A DNA stretch of 58,064 nucleotides from Sphingopyxis sp. (GCA_015657575.1 JACDQN010000310.1:1-58064); one strand, 5' to 3'. Shown: positions 9,744-21,376, numbered from the stretch's first letter. A program made the numbers and translations. Notes: generated from the sequence alone by a model not told the origin.

Positions 9744-11200
9744 TCACTCGGCCTCGGTGCTGAGCCCCAGTTCGGGAATGCCGATCGAGCGCGGCCGCCG
9801 AAGTCCGATCGCACGACGATCGCGCCCTGCTTTTCCATATATTCGACGAGCCGGCGGATGCGCCCGGCCGAACGGGTGCCATAGGCGCGGCCGAGCATGT
9901 CGTCGTCGGGGCAGCGGGCGCCGGCGGTCGCCGCCTGCGCGATCAGCAGGAAGGGCGCGAGCATGTCGTCGGGCAGGCGTGCCGCGGCATCGAGCATCCC
10001 GGTCCAGCGCGGGTCGGCGGGGTCGAAGATGCCGCCCTTGGCGAGCGCGAAGCGGCGGCGGAACGCGGCGAGGTCGAGCGGCACCTGCGCGAGCCGCTGC
10101 ATCCGGCAGCGCACCGAGAAATCCTGATAGAGAAAGGCCTCCGGGTGGAAGGCGCATTCGGGGTCGGCGAGCATGTCCTCGAGTACCGCGCCGACGATCG
10201 GCGCCGGGTCGATCGCCGGCGGCGCTTCGGCTTCGTTTTCACCGTCGGACAACGCGCGCGCCGGTTCTTGATCGGCGAACTGGCGCATCAACTCGCTCGC
10301 GGGCGCCGGCTTGGGCGGCGGCGGAGCGGGACGCGGCGGCGCGCTTTCCATTTCGGCGAACAGCATCGTACGCATATTTTGCGGTTCGGCCGCCGGCAGC
10401 GGCAACAGGCTGTGCGTGCCCATCCGCGTCGCGGTTTGCGTCGATCCGATACGCACCGACAGCGGCCGGCGCGAAATGGCGGGGCCGAGCCCCAGGAAAT
10501 GCCCGCGTTCGAGGTCGCGGATCGCTTCGGCCTGGCGGCGTTCCATGCCGAGCAGATCGGCGGCGCGCGCCATGTCGATGTCGAGGAAGGTGCGTCCCAT
10601 CAGGAAATTGCTCGCCTCGGCGGCGACATTCTTGGCGAGCTTGGCGAGCCGCTGCGTCGCGATCGCACCCGCGAGACCGCGCTTGCGGCCGCGGCACATC
10701 AGGTTGGTCATCGCACCCAGGCTCGCGCGGCGCACTGCGTCGGACACGTCGCCCGACGCCGACGGCGCGAACATCTGCGCTTCGTCGACGACGACGAGCG
10801 CGGGGAACCAATGGTCGCGCGGCGCATCGAACAACGCGTTCAGAAAGGCGGCGACGCAGCCCATCTGCGCCTCGATGTCGAGCGATTCGAGGCTGAGCAC
10901 TACCGAGGCGCGGTGCGCGCGGATGCGGGCGCCCATCGTCGCGATCTCGCGCTCGTTATAGTCGCCGGCGTTGACGACGACATGGCTATAGGCGTCGGCA
11001 AGCGTCACGAAATCGCCCTCCGGATCGATCACGATCTGCTGGACGAGCCCCGCGCTTTCCTCGAGCATCCGGCGCAGCAGGTGCGACTTTCCCGACCCCG
11101 AATTGCCCTGCACCAGCAGGCGCGTCGCGAGCAGTTCCTGCACGTCGATGCGCACGGGCGCCCCCGCGGCGTCGGTCCCGATTTCGATGCTGTTGTTCAC
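9744..11200 (-). CDS. HerA/FtsK-superfamily (DUF87/DUF853-like) P-loop ATPase (frameshift near 9795)
   Basis: Walker A GNSGSGKS, IVIDPEGDF, Walker B VVVDEAQ, RGRKRG, ATQR; Pro-rich linker; last residues (SIGIPELGLSTEAE) in another frame ending at 9744. Confidence 0.8.
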
Positions 11201-11265
11201 GCGCCCGGCCCTATCGGGGTGCCCGCGCATTGACAACCGGACGATTTCGCGATGAACGGCGGAAC

Positions 11266-11517
11266 ATGGATTTCGACGACCAGCTCCGCCGCTATTTCGG
11301 CACCGCCGACATCGCCGCGCTCGATCCCGGGGCGCTGGCCGCGGGGACCGATCGCATGCAGGTCGATCTCGGCCTCGAAACCAACCCCGGCCGCCGCTTC
11401 GCCCTCTGGACGCTCCTCTACATGCTCGGCGCCGCCCCCGACCTCGACGTCGCGTTCAAGAGCGAGGAGGAGCGCAACGGTGCGCGCGACTTCATGGACA
11501 TGGTCGATCGCGCCTGA
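11266..11517 (+). CDS. Small hypothetical protein (83 aa), divergent from the ATPase
   Basis: MDFDDQLRRYFGT...; high-GC3 codon usage and natural protein composition. Confidence 0.7.
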   Translation: MDFDDQLRRYFGTADIAALDPGALAAGTDRMQVDLGLETNPGRRFALWTLLYMLGAAPDLDVAFKSEEERNGARDFMDMVDRA

Positions 11518-11591
11518 CGGCGAGCGCCCGGGTAGAACGCACGAGCGAGGTCAGGCTGGCCGATTCGATGAGTTTGACGGCGGTTCGGGTC

Positions 11592-12266
11592 TCAACTGAC
11601 TCGCTTCAGCCGGTGCAGGTCGAGCACGACCCAAATGCCATCGCGCTTTTCGACCAGTTGCTGTTCCTTGAGATAGGTGACTTCGCGCTGGACGCTCTGG
11701 CGGGTGACGTCGAAGATGCTCGCGATGTCCGACTGGGTGAAGGGGAAACCGACCTCGATCGGCCCCGACCGATCGTCGCCCGAGCATTTTTCGGCGAAGT
11801 CGGAGAACATATTTGCGATCTGCGTGCGTAGCCGCGTCGTCGCGCGAACCTCGCGCGCGATGAACTGGCGCCTGATGATCGCGGCGAATTTCCGGCACAG
11901 CGCTTCGGGGATCGCGCTGTGGCTGTGATAGAGATCCCAGAAATCATTCTCGTGGAGCACGCGGATACGGCTTTGCACCATCGCGATCGATGTGTGGTTA
12001 TAGGGGCGCCGCGACACGACCGCGGTCTCGGCGAAACAATTGCCCGGGACGAAGACGGTGATGAAGGCTTCGCTGCCGTCCTCGTGCAGCCCGCTCAGCC
12101 GGACATAGCCTTCGGCGACCTGGAACATCCGCGTTGCCTCGCGTCCCGATTCGGCGATAATTTCGCCCGGCGCGACGTCGATCTCCGTCATCCGCGACAG
12201 AACCGCTTCGCGCGCCGGAACGGGAAGATCGCCGATCCAATTTTCGTGCGTTATGATTCGCTGCAT
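11592..12266 (-). CDS. Crp/Fnr-family transcriptional regulator 1
   Basis: cNMP-binding-like beta-barrel (QVAEGYVRL, PGNCFAE) and C-terminal HTH FTQSDIASIFDVTRQSVQRE. Confidence 0.9.
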   Translation of the reverse strand: MQRIITHENWIGDLPVPAREAVLSRMTEIDVAPGEIIAESGREATRMFQVAEGYVRLSGLHEDGSEAFITVFVPGNCFAETAVVSRRPYNHTSIAMVQSRIRVLHENDFWDLYHSHSAIPEALCRKFAAIIRRQFIAREVRATTRLRTQIANMFSDFAEKCSGDDRSGPIEVGFPFTQSDIASIFDVTRQSVQREVTYLKEQQLVEKRDGIWVVLDLHRLKRVS

Positions 12267-12321
12267 CGCTCTCGATCATGCTCTTTGCCGGCGTCGATCT
12301 AGCGCGGCTTTTGTGGGGCGC

Positions 12322-12338
12322 ATGTAACATAGGTGTCA
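12322..12338. promoter_or_regulatory. Candidate Crp-family site ATGTAACATAGGTGTCA
   Basis: Lies between crp1 and TBDR1; 15/17 identical to the reverse complement of 17956-17972; 5-N6-5 geometry. Confidence 0.55.
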
Positions 12339-12417
12339 CGCCGCAACCAGCGAAGCGATGCAGAAGGCCATCGAATCACGGATCGGCCCAAGCCGACCGG
12401 CCAGAGGGAGAGGATCG

Positions 12418-14657
12418 ATGGCTTCGATGAAGATCAATATGTTGCGCGCCACCAGCGCCTTGTTCGTCACGCTCGCCGCGCCCGCGATGGCGCAGGAAGC
12501 ACCCGCCGCGCCGGCCGATGAAACGCAGGCGGACGACGGGTCGGGGATCGACGAAATCATCGTCACCGCGCGCCGCCGCGAGGAATCGCTGCAGAGCGCG
12601 CCGATCACCGTCACCGCCTTTTCGGGCGACCAGCTCGAGCAAAAGGGGATCACCGATTTCAGCCGCCTCGCGCAGGCGACGCCGGGGATCAACTTCGACG
12701 CCTTTCCGAAAGCCGCGCCGCGGCCCTTCTTTCGCGGCGTCGGCAGCAGCAACCAGGGCGCGGGCGGCGACCCCTCGTCGGTCGCCTTCCTCGACGGTGT
12801 CTATTTGGGCCGCGCGGCGATGCTCGGCATCGATTTCTATGACATGGAGCGCGTCGAGGTTCTGAAGGGGCCGCAGGGCACGCTCTGGGGCAAGAATGTC
12901 GTCGCGGGCTCGATCAACTTCGTGACCGCCAAGCCTGTCGATTTCGCCGAAGCCAATGCGCAGCTGACCTTCGGCGAATATGGCCAGATGAACGGCAACC
13001 TGATGCTCAACGCGCCGGTCACCGACGGGCTGGCCGCGCGCCTGACGCTCGGCGCGGTGACGAACGACGGCTTTCGCAAGACCTTCGACGGCCGTGCGCT
13101 CGACGACGAGAACAAGCTGTCGGCGCGGCTGCATGTCCGCGCCGACCTCGGCCCCGATACCTGGCTGCTGTTGACCGGCGACATTGCGAAGCAGGATCTG
13201 TCGGACAGTTCGCGCTATAATGTGCTGCTCAACCCGTTCACGCCGGGTGAAGGCTACGCCGATTACGACAAGCCGCGCCGCGCCAATCCCGATCGCCTCG
13301 GCTTCACCCATTCGAAGACCGGCGGCCTGCGCGCCGAACTGTCGACCGACGCGCTCGGTTTTGCGAACTGGACCACGGTCGCCTCGTGGCGCACGCTCGA
13401 CTATGATTTTTCGAACGACCTCGATGGCACCGATGCGGCGACCAATGCCGCGACGGGGTTGCCGGTAAGCGGGCTGCAGGTGCTGGCGCGCGAACAGGCC
13501 GATTCCTATTCGATCGAAAGCCGCCTGTCGTCGCTTCACGACGGACCGATCAGCTGGGTCGCGGGCCTCTTCTACAACCGCGACGAAGTGTTCCGCGAGC
13601 GCGAGACGCAGCAGTCGGCGACGCCGACGACGATCAACCGCTTCTTCGGCCATTCGGTGAACAACAGCTATGCGGTATTCGGCGAGGCGCAGTACAAATT
13701 CGACTTCGGCCTGCGCCTCTTTGCCGGCGGTCGATACACCCAGGAAAAGAAGACGTACGACGCGCGGCGCCTGCAAGGCGCGCTCGCGGCTCCGACCACG
13801 ACCTACGATACCGGCGCGACGCCTGGCATCTTCGACAAGGGCGTGTTCACCTATCGCGTGGGTGCCGACTTCCGGCTCAACAACAACATCTTCGCCTTCG
13901 GCACCGTGTCGACGGGGTTCAAGTCGGGAGCGTTTCAGGAACAGCCGGGCTCGGCCTTGCTGGCGCGGACTCCGACGGATCCCGAACGGCTGACCAACTA
14001 TGAAGTCGGGCTCAAGACCGACTGGCTCGACCGCAAGCTGCGCGTGAACGTCTCGGCCTTCTGGATGGACTATCGCGATTTCCAGACGATCAAGGTCGTC
14101 CCCGACGCGACGCAAGGGCCAGTCGGCACGCGCGTCACGGTCGATTCCGCCGACGCGACGATCAAGGGCGTCGAGAGCGAATTCGTCGTGCAGCCGGTCG
14201 ACTGGTTCGATGCGACGGTGCGCTACACCTATCTCCACCCCTATTTCACGCGCTTCATCCAGACTGCAGGTTTCGACGCCAGCGGCAATCCGATCTTCGT
14301 CGACGGCGCGGGCAACCGCATGAGCCGGACGCCGAAGCATGCGGTGAATGCGAGCGCCGGCGTGCAAAGCTCGCGGGACGCATCGTGGGGCTGGCTGCGC
14401 GCCGAGGTCTCGATGGATTATCAGAGCGACGCGTTCGAGAATAATATCAACGACTTCAAGGAATATCGCAAGCCGCGCACCTTGTGGGACGCCAGCCTGA
14501 CCTATCATCTCGACGACCGCTATTCGGTGCAGGTCTGGGGGCATAACCTGACCGACAAGAATTACCGCATCTGGCAGACGAACGGCGGCGTCTATCAATA
14601 TGTCCAATATGGCGCGCGCGGCAGTTCGGCGTGACGCTGCGCGCGAAGTTCCTCTGA
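12418..14657 (+). CDS. TonB-dependent receptor 1 (frameshift near 14615, about 13 codons before the stop)
   Basis: Signal peptide, TonB box EIIVTARRREE, plug motif ERVEVLKGPQGTLWG; expected end QFGVTLRAKFL* in the shifted frame with TGA at 14655-14657. Confidence 0.92.
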
Positions 14658-16040
14658 TGCCGACGGGGGGGCGCGCCGCGCTGCAAGGTTCTTGTTCCCT
14701 CGGGCGTGCTCGGTGCGGGCTGTTCCGATGAGGCCTTTCAGCGCGGCGTTTCCCTGCAACCCGACTGCCTGGCGATAGACGGCGGATCGACCGATTCCGG
14801 GCCCCATTATCTGGGGACCGGCACGTCGAAGATGACGCGCCAGGCGACCAAGCACGACCTGCGCCAGATGATGCTGGCGCGCGACCGGCTGGGCGTGCCG
14901 CTGCTGGTCGGATCGTGCGGTACCTGCGGCACCGATTCCGGCGTCGACTGGATGGCCGACATCGCGCGCGAGATCGCGCGCGAAGAGGGGCTGACCGCGC
15001 GGCTGGCGCTCGTCTATTCGGAAGTGACGGCCGAGCAGTTGATGCCGCTGCTCGACGCAGGGAAGATCGACGCGCTCGACCCCGCGCTGCCGCTGACGCG
15101 CGAACGGCTGCTCGAATGCGACCATATCGTCGGGCTGCTCGGATACGAGCCGCTCGCCGCGGCGATCGCCGAGGGCGCCGATATCATCCTGTCGGGGCGG
15201 ACGACCGACACCGCGGTGCTGGCCGCGGTGCCGCTGATGCAGGGCTTTCCTGCGGGCGCCGCATGGCATGCCGCGAAGACCGCCGAGTGCGGCGGCCTTT
15301 GTACCGTCCACACGCGGCTGGGCGGCGTGATGATGACGATCGACGCCGATGGTTTCGACATCGAGCCGCTCCACGCCGCGAACCAGTGCACGCCTTACAC
15401 GGTATCGGCGCACCTTCTGTACGAGAACAGCGACCCGTTCCGCCTGCGCGAGCCGGGCGTGCTGCTCGACGCGAGCGACGCCGAGTATCGCGCGCTCGAC
15501 GACCGCATCGTCCGCGTCACCCGGTCGCGGGCCGAGGTCATGCCCTATACGATCAAGCTCGAGGGATCGGGCAGCGCCGGATATCGCACGATGATCTTCA
15601 GCGCGATCGCCGACCCGAAGCTGCTGGCGCGCTTCGACGAATGGCTCGGCAATCTCGAAGCCTATCTGCGCGCCGGCATATCGCGCGTGATGGGGATTGC
15701 GGAGGACGGCTATGCGCTCGAATTCCGGCCCTATGGCAAGAATGCGATCAATCCGGTGCCGGCGGCGGGTCCGCCGCACGAGGTCGGGCTGATGACGCTC
15801 GTCTGGGCGCCGACGCAGCAGCTCGCGACCGAAATCGCCAAATATTGCAACCCGATGCTGCTCCACTTTCCCCTGAACATGGACGATCCGCTGCCGAGCT
15901 TCGCCTTTCCCTTCTCGCCCGCCGAGGTCGAACTCGGCTGCCATTATGAATTCAAGCTCAACCATGTCGTCCATGTCGAGCGCCCCGACCAGTTGGCGCG
16001 AACGCGCTTCGAGACGATCGGGGAGGCGGTACATGGCTGA
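14657..16040 (+). CDS. AtuA-family (DUF1446-like) protein 1 (G7 run at 14665-14671 breaks the start frame)
   Basis: VPSGVLGAG, AIDGGSTDSGPHYLG, GADIILSGRTTDTA, WHAAKTAECG, SAHLLYENSDP; ATG overlaps the TBDR1 stop (TGATG). Confidence 0.82.
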
Positions 16041-16341
16041 GCTCGGCGCGATCGCCAAATATATCCGGTCGAAAAGCGCCGGACCCTTTTGGGTGACGAT
16101 CGACATCTTCTGCCACGATGCGGACAGCTTCGAGCGGATCGCCGGATCGCCCGCACTGGCGCCGCGCGCCGTCGCCGAACTTTACGGCGTGTCGGAAAAC
16201 GGCGTTCGCCAATATCGGCTGCCGTCGATCCATGTGTTCAAGATCAGCTTTCCGCGCACCGCGGTGCAGGGATCGCTCGGCGACGTGGACTCGCACGCCG
16301 GGCAATATTTCGTACCGCTGCTGTCGGTCGAGATCGACTGA
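16033..16341 (+). CDS. DUF4387-like small partner of AtuA-family protein, copy 1
   Basis: IRSKSAGPFWVTIDIF...KISFPR...DSHAGQ; overlaps the atuA1 stop. Confidence 0.8.
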   Translation: MAELGAIAKYIRSKSAGPFWVTIDIFCHDADSFERIAGSPALAPRAVAELYGVSENGVRQYRLPSIHVFKISFPRTAVQGSLGDVDSHAGQYFVPLLSVEID

Positions 16342-16355
16342 CCAAAAGCTTCCGT

Positions 16356-16393
16356 AAAAAAGCGGCCGCTTCCTTGCCGGGCGGCCGCCTTTC
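16356..16393. terminator. Probable bidirectional intrinsic terminator
   Basis: A6, GCGGCCGC stem (16362-16369 / 16381-16388), then CTTTC; between convergent genes. Confidence 0.6.
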
Positions 16394-17890
16394 TCAGTCC
16401 GCCCCGCCGTCCTTGCGGGCGCGGAGCGTTTCGAGGTTCGCCTTGTGCGTGTCCTCGTCGAGTGGGAAGACGAGGAGGCTGATAATCGCACCGCCATAGA
16501 TCAGGATGATCGCCGGCACGAAATAGAAGCCCATCTGGTGCAGCGCCGCCTCCGATATCTCGCCCGGGCGGACCTGGCCCGACAGGCCCGCAGCGGCGAG
16601 GATCAGGCTGGCGGCGAAGACGCCGACCCCCGCGGTCGATTTCTTGAGCACATTGTCGACCGAGAAGAGCAGCCCTTCGGAGCGGCGCCCGGTCTTGACC
16701 TCGCTGTCCTCGGCGACGTCGGCGATCATCGATGTGATCGCCATCGACGTCATCAAGGTCAGCATCGCGATCAGCAGCGCTTCGAAAAAGAGCAGGACGA
16801 AGACGAACTGGGTGCCGTTTTCGGGCAGCAGTCCGGCGAGGCGGAGCGAGATCGGGGTGATCGAGACGATCATCAGCGCCGCGAACATCGCGATGCCGCC
16901 CTTTTTCTTGCCGAGCCAGCGCGTGATCCACGGCCCGATGACGATGCCGAGCAGCGCGGCGATCATGCCCGCGATCGGCAGATAGGACAGCTGGTCGGGC
17001 GTCAGTTCCCAGAAATAGACCTGGAAATAGGTCGCGAGGCCGCCGACCATGCCTGTCGCGATCGCGGTGAACAGCCCCGCCGCATTGGCGAGCCACAGCG
17101 AGCGGTTGGCGAGCGTCTGCGCCAGCTCCTTGAACAGCAGTCCGATCGTGAGTTTGCGCGCGGGCGGCTGGCGCAGCCACGGGATGCGGTGGTGCGTGCC
17201 CATCGCGCAGCCGAGGATGGCGAGCGCGATCGCGGTCCCCGCGAGCAGCGCATATTGCCCATAGGAGGCGCGGACGAACAGCCCGCCTTCGGCGTCGCTC
17301 AGGAAGAATTTATACGCGATCCAGATCATCGTCAGTCCGCCCGCGAAGGTAAAGAAATAGCGGCAGGCGATCAGCATCGTGCGCTGGTGATAGTCCGAGG
17401 TCAGCTCGGCCGACATCGCCGAGGCGGGGACTTCGAAAAAAGTGTCGATCGACCGCAAGAGCACGATGCACACGGTCATATAGGCGAGCAATGCTTCGGG
17501 TGACCAGCCGGTCGGCGGGGTCCACAGCAGCACGAAGATGATCGCATAGGGGATCGCCGAGAAATAGATGAACGGGTGACGGCGGCCCCAGCGGCTGCGG
17601 AAATTGTCGGAGATCTGGCCGATGACGGGGTCGAACAATCCGTCGAGGATCAGCGTGATCGCGAGCGCGCTGCCCACCCAGGTTGCGGGCAGGCCGACGA
17701 CCTGGCTGTAGAAGAGCAGCAGGAAGGTCGAGATGCTGCGGTTCTTGATGCCGTTCGACGCCGAGCCGAGGCCATAGAAGAGCATCGTGCCGAAGCGGAG
17801 GGGCGGCGCCTTGGTCCAGGCGGCATCGTCGGGAAGGGCGGTGGCATCCTGTCCGCCATCCGCCGGAATCGCACGATCTTGACCCGCCAC
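16394..17890 (-). CDS. MFS transporter, glycoside-pentoside-hexuronide (GPH/MelB-like) family
   Basis: DPVIGQISDNFRSRWGRRHPF, AELTSDYHQRT, MIADVAEDSEVKTGRRSEG; about 12 TM segments; GTG start with GGAGAG RBS. Confidence 0.88.
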   Translation of the reverse strand: MAGQDRAIPADGGQDATALPDDAAWTKAPPLRFGTMLFYGLGSASNGIKNRSISTFLLLFYSQVVGLPATWVGSALAITLILDGLFDPVIGQISDNFRSRWGRRHPFIYFSAIPYAIIFVLLWTPPTGWSPEALLAYMTVCIVLLRSIDTFFEVPASAMSAELTSDYHQRTMLIACRYFFTFAGGLTMIWIAYKFFLSDAEGGLFVRASYGQYALLAGTAIALAILGCAMGTHHRIPWLRQPPARKLTIGLLFKELAQTLANRSLWLANAAGLFTAIATGMVGGLATYFQVYFWELTPDQLSYLPIAGMIAALLGIVIGPWITRWLGKKKGGIAMFAALMIVSITPISLRLAGLLPENGTQFVFVLLFFEALLIAMLTLMTSMAITSMIADVAEDSEVKTGRRSEGLLFSVDNVLKKSTAGVGVFAASLILAAAGLSGQVRPGEISEAALHQMGFYFVPAIILIYGGAIISLLVFPLDEDTHKANLETLRARKDGGAD

Positions 17891-17955
17891 TTGTCTCTCC
17901 CTTGCCGCCGCTGTCCGGCTTTCGACCGAGCTTATCAGGCACGGCGGCAAAGGAA

Positions 17956-17972
17956 TGACAACTAAGTTACAT
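17956..17972. promoter_or_regulatory. Candidate Crp-family site (reverse complement ATGTAACTTAGTTGTCA) upstream of the MFS gene
   Basis: 15/17 match to 12322-12338, in the same orientation relative to the downstream gene. Confidence 0.55.
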
Positions 17973-18016
17973 TTTGTCCGCGTGTGGAATCATGCACGCT
18001 ATGCATGATCGGTCGA

Positions 18017-18796
18017 TCAGTCGCGAAAGCTGGGGTCGATCCGGTCGAGCTTGCGCAGCAGCGCCGGCCAGGCGAGCGTCTGCGCCAGCATGCCCATGCC
18101 CTCGGGACGCGATTGCTGCTCGACCTTTTCGGCGACGCCCTGGTTGGGGTTGTTCAGCCCGTCGCGCCCGGCGGCGAGCATATGGACCTGCGCCTCGCAT
18201 GCGCGTTCGAGGAAATACATGCGCAGGAACGCCTGCGCGACGGTGGCGCCGACGGTCAGCGTGCCGTGGTTGCGCAGGATCATCGCGTTCCTGGCGCCGA
18301 GATCGGCGACGAGCCGCTCGCGTTCGTCGAGCTCGGTCGCGATGCCCTCGAAGTCGTGATAGGCGACGTCATGATGCGCGATCATCGCGGTCTGGGTGTG
18401 CGGCAACAGCCCGCACGCCATCGCCGACACCGCCTGTCCGTGCGGCGTGTGCAGATGGAGTACCGCCGCCGCATCCTCGCGCGCGGCATGGATCGCCGAG
18501 TGGATGACGAAGCCCGCGCGGTTCACCGGCGCGGGCGTGTCCGTCACCTTGTTGCCGTCGACATCGATCTTGACCAGCGACGAAGCGGTGATCTCCTCGA
18601 ACATATGCGTATAGGGGTTGATCAGGAAATGATGCTCGGGCCCCGGCACGCGCGCCGACAAATGGGTGAAGATCAGATCGTCCCAACCGTAGAGCGCCAC
18701 GAGGCGATAGGCGGCGGCAAGGTCGACGCGCAGCGCCCATTCCTCTGCCGACACCGTGTCCCGAACGCTCAATGTCTTTTCTTGTACCATGGTCAT
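18017..18796 (-). CDS. Class II aldolase/adducin family protein
   Basis: LRVDLAAAYRL, THLSARVPG, FEEITASSLVK, IHSAIH, LHLHT, ILRNHG metal-binding His pattern. Confidence 0.92.
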   Translation of the reverse strand: MTMVQEKTLSVRDTVSAEEWALRVDLAAAYRLVALYGWDDLIFTHLSARVPGPEHHFLINPYTHMFEEITASSLVKIDVDGNKVTDTPAPVNRAGFVIHSAIHAAREDAAAVLHLHTPHGQAVSAMACGLLPHTQTAMIAHHDVAYHDFEGIATELDERERLVADLGARNAMILRNHGTLTVGATVAQAFLRMYFLERACEAQVHMLAAGRDGLNNPNQGVAEKVEQQSRPEGMGMLAQTLAWPALLRKLDRIDPSFRD

Positions 18797-19127
18797 GACA
18801 GCTCTCCCGATTTCCCGGCTATCCTACCCGAGTCCCACCCGGCAGACCGTCAAATAGTTGGCAATTGGCGATTCAGGCGAAGTGCCAAAGATTTGGCAAT
18901 CCGGCGCGGCGATTTTGCGGCCCCGACTGATAGTGATGGCGCATATAACGATGCATGTTCTCCTTATGATCGGTTTATGGTCATGATTTGATCGCATACG
19001 CCGCGTCAACATGATTGACTTCACCGGAGCGCTGGCAAGGTGATGGGGACGGCCAACGACCATCGCGGCCCTAGCCAGATCGACGCGCAGGATGCCCTGA
19101 GACGGCATTCGCGCCAGGGGAGGATTT

Positions 19128-21376
19128 ATGCCGAAATTCCGGACACGCTTGCCGTTGCTCGCGTCCACCGCCGCCGTGCTTTTCTGCGCAGCGCCCGCCT
19201 TTGCCCAAAGCGACATATCGTCGGCTCGCGCGGACGAGGATGCCGAGGCGCAGTCGTCGCAGTCGGGGATCAACGACATCGTCGTGACCGCGCGCCGCCG
19301 CGCGGAATCGCAGCAGGATACGCCGGTGACGGTGACGGCGGTGACCGGCGAGGAACTGCAGGCCAAGGGCATCACCGATGCGGCGCGGCTGGCACAGGTG
19401 ACGCCGGGCATCAACTTCGACGCCTTTCCGAAATCGGCGCCACGCCTGTGGTTTCGCGGCGTCGGCGGCGGCGCGGGCAGCGCCGGCGGCGATCCGTCGT
19501 CGGTCGCCTTCCTCGACGGCGTCTATCTGGCGCGCCCCGCAATGCTCGGTATCGATTTCTACGACATGGAGCGCGTCGAGGTTCTGAAGGGACCGCAGGG
19601 CACCTTGTGGGGCAAGAATGTCGTCGCGGGCGCGGTGAACTTCATCACCGCCAAGCCGATCGACAGTTTCGAATCGACCGCGCAGTTGACCTTCGGCGAA
19701 TATGGCCAGCTCAACGGCAATCTCATGATCAATGCGCCCATCACAAACGGGATAGCGGCGCGCCTCGTTCTCGGTGCCGAAACCAACGACGGCTTCCGCC
19801 GGACCGTCGACGGCCGGGCGCTCGACGACGAAAACAAGCTCAGCGCGCGGCTCCATGTTCGCGCCGACCTGGGCGAACGCAGCAGTTTGTTGCTCTCGGC
19901 CGACATCGCCAATCAGGATCTGTCGGATACGTCGCGCTTCAACGTGTTCCTGCTGCCCTTCACGCCGGGCAAGGGTTATGCCGACTATGACAAGCCGCGC
20001 CGCACGAATCCCGACCGGCTGGGCTTCAACGATTCGAAGACGGGCGCGCGCGCGCCGAATTTTCGACCGATCTCGGCTTTGCGGACTGGACGACCACCGC
20101 GGCATGGCGGACGCTGCGCTTCAGCTATGCGAACGACCTTGACGGGACGGATATCGCGACGAACGCCGCGATCGGATTGCCGGTTACCGGCATCCAGGTC
20201 TTCCAGGTCGAAGGGGCAGATTCCTATTCGGCCGAAACCCGCCTGTCGTCGAACGGCGGCGGCGCCTTCAACTGGGTCGCCGGCCTCTATTACAACCATG
20301 ACGACATCCGCCGCGAGCGCGAGACGCAGCAGTCGGCGACTCCGACGACGATCAATCGCTTCTTCGGCGAGGCGACGAACAACAGCTATGCCGCCTTCGG
20401 CGAAGCCGAATATGCGTTCGATTTCGGGCTGAAGCTGCTCGCCGGCGGGCGGTATACGAAAGAAAAGAAGGTCTATCGTGCAAAGCGACTGACCGGCTCG
20501 CTCGCCGCGCCGACGACATCCTATGACACCGCGAACTCGCCGGGAGTCTTCGACGACGGCATCTTCACCTACCGTGTCGGCGCCAACTGGCGGTTCAACG
20601 AGAATATCTTCGCCTTTGCCACGCTATCGACCGGCTTCAAGGCGGGCGCGTTCCAGGAACAGCCGAGCAGTGCCGCGCTGGCGCGCGTTCCGACCGATCC
20701 CGAACGCGGCACCAATTATGAAATCGGGCTGAAGACCGACTGGCTCGACCGCCGGCTGCGCGTCAACGTGTCGGCGTTCAGGATGAAATATCGCGACTTC
20801 CAGACCGCCAAGGTCGTACCTGACGCGACGCAGGGGCCGACGGGTACGCGCGTCACGGTCGACTCGGGCGACGCGACGATCAAGGGCGTCGAGACCGAGG
20901 TCATCATCGCGCCCGCCCGCTGGATCGACGCGACGGTGCGCTACACCTATCTCGACCCCTATTTCACCGACTTCGTCCAAACCTCGGCCTTTCTGGCGGA
21001 CGGGTCGCCGGTGATCACCAACGGCGCGGGCAACCGGCTGAGCCGCACCCCGAAAAATGCGCTGGCCGCCGACCTTGGGCTCCAGACGTCGGAAGATGCC
21101 GACTGGGGGTGGCTGCGGGCGCAGGTGTCGATGGATTATCAGAGCAATATATTCGATAATAATATCAATGATTTCAAGGAATATCGCAAGCCCCGGACGC
21201 TATGGGACGCCAGCCTGACCTATCATCTCGACGATCGGTTTTCGGTGCGCGTGTGGGGCCGCAATCTCACCGACAAGACCTATCGCATCTGGCAGACGGG
21301 CAATGCCTTCTATCACTATGTTCAATATGGCCCGCCGCGTCAGTTCGGCGTGACGTTCAACGCGGCACTGCGTTAG
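19128..21376 (+). CDS. TonB-dependent receptor 2, paralog of TBDR1 (frameshift near 20050)
   Basis: GGGAGG RBS, signal peptide, DIVVTARRRAE, ERVEVLKGPQGTLWG; C-terminal half in 20177..21376 ending YGPPRQFGVTFNAALR. Confidence 0.92.

Noticed and set aside
12376-14607. Long antisense or alternative-frame ORFs (e.g. 743 aa here, 886 aa at 37816-40476, 733 aa at 41171-43372)
   Set aside because: Shadow ORFs typical of high-GC coding DNA: Arg/Ala-rich, no recognisable motifs, and opposite well-supported genes.
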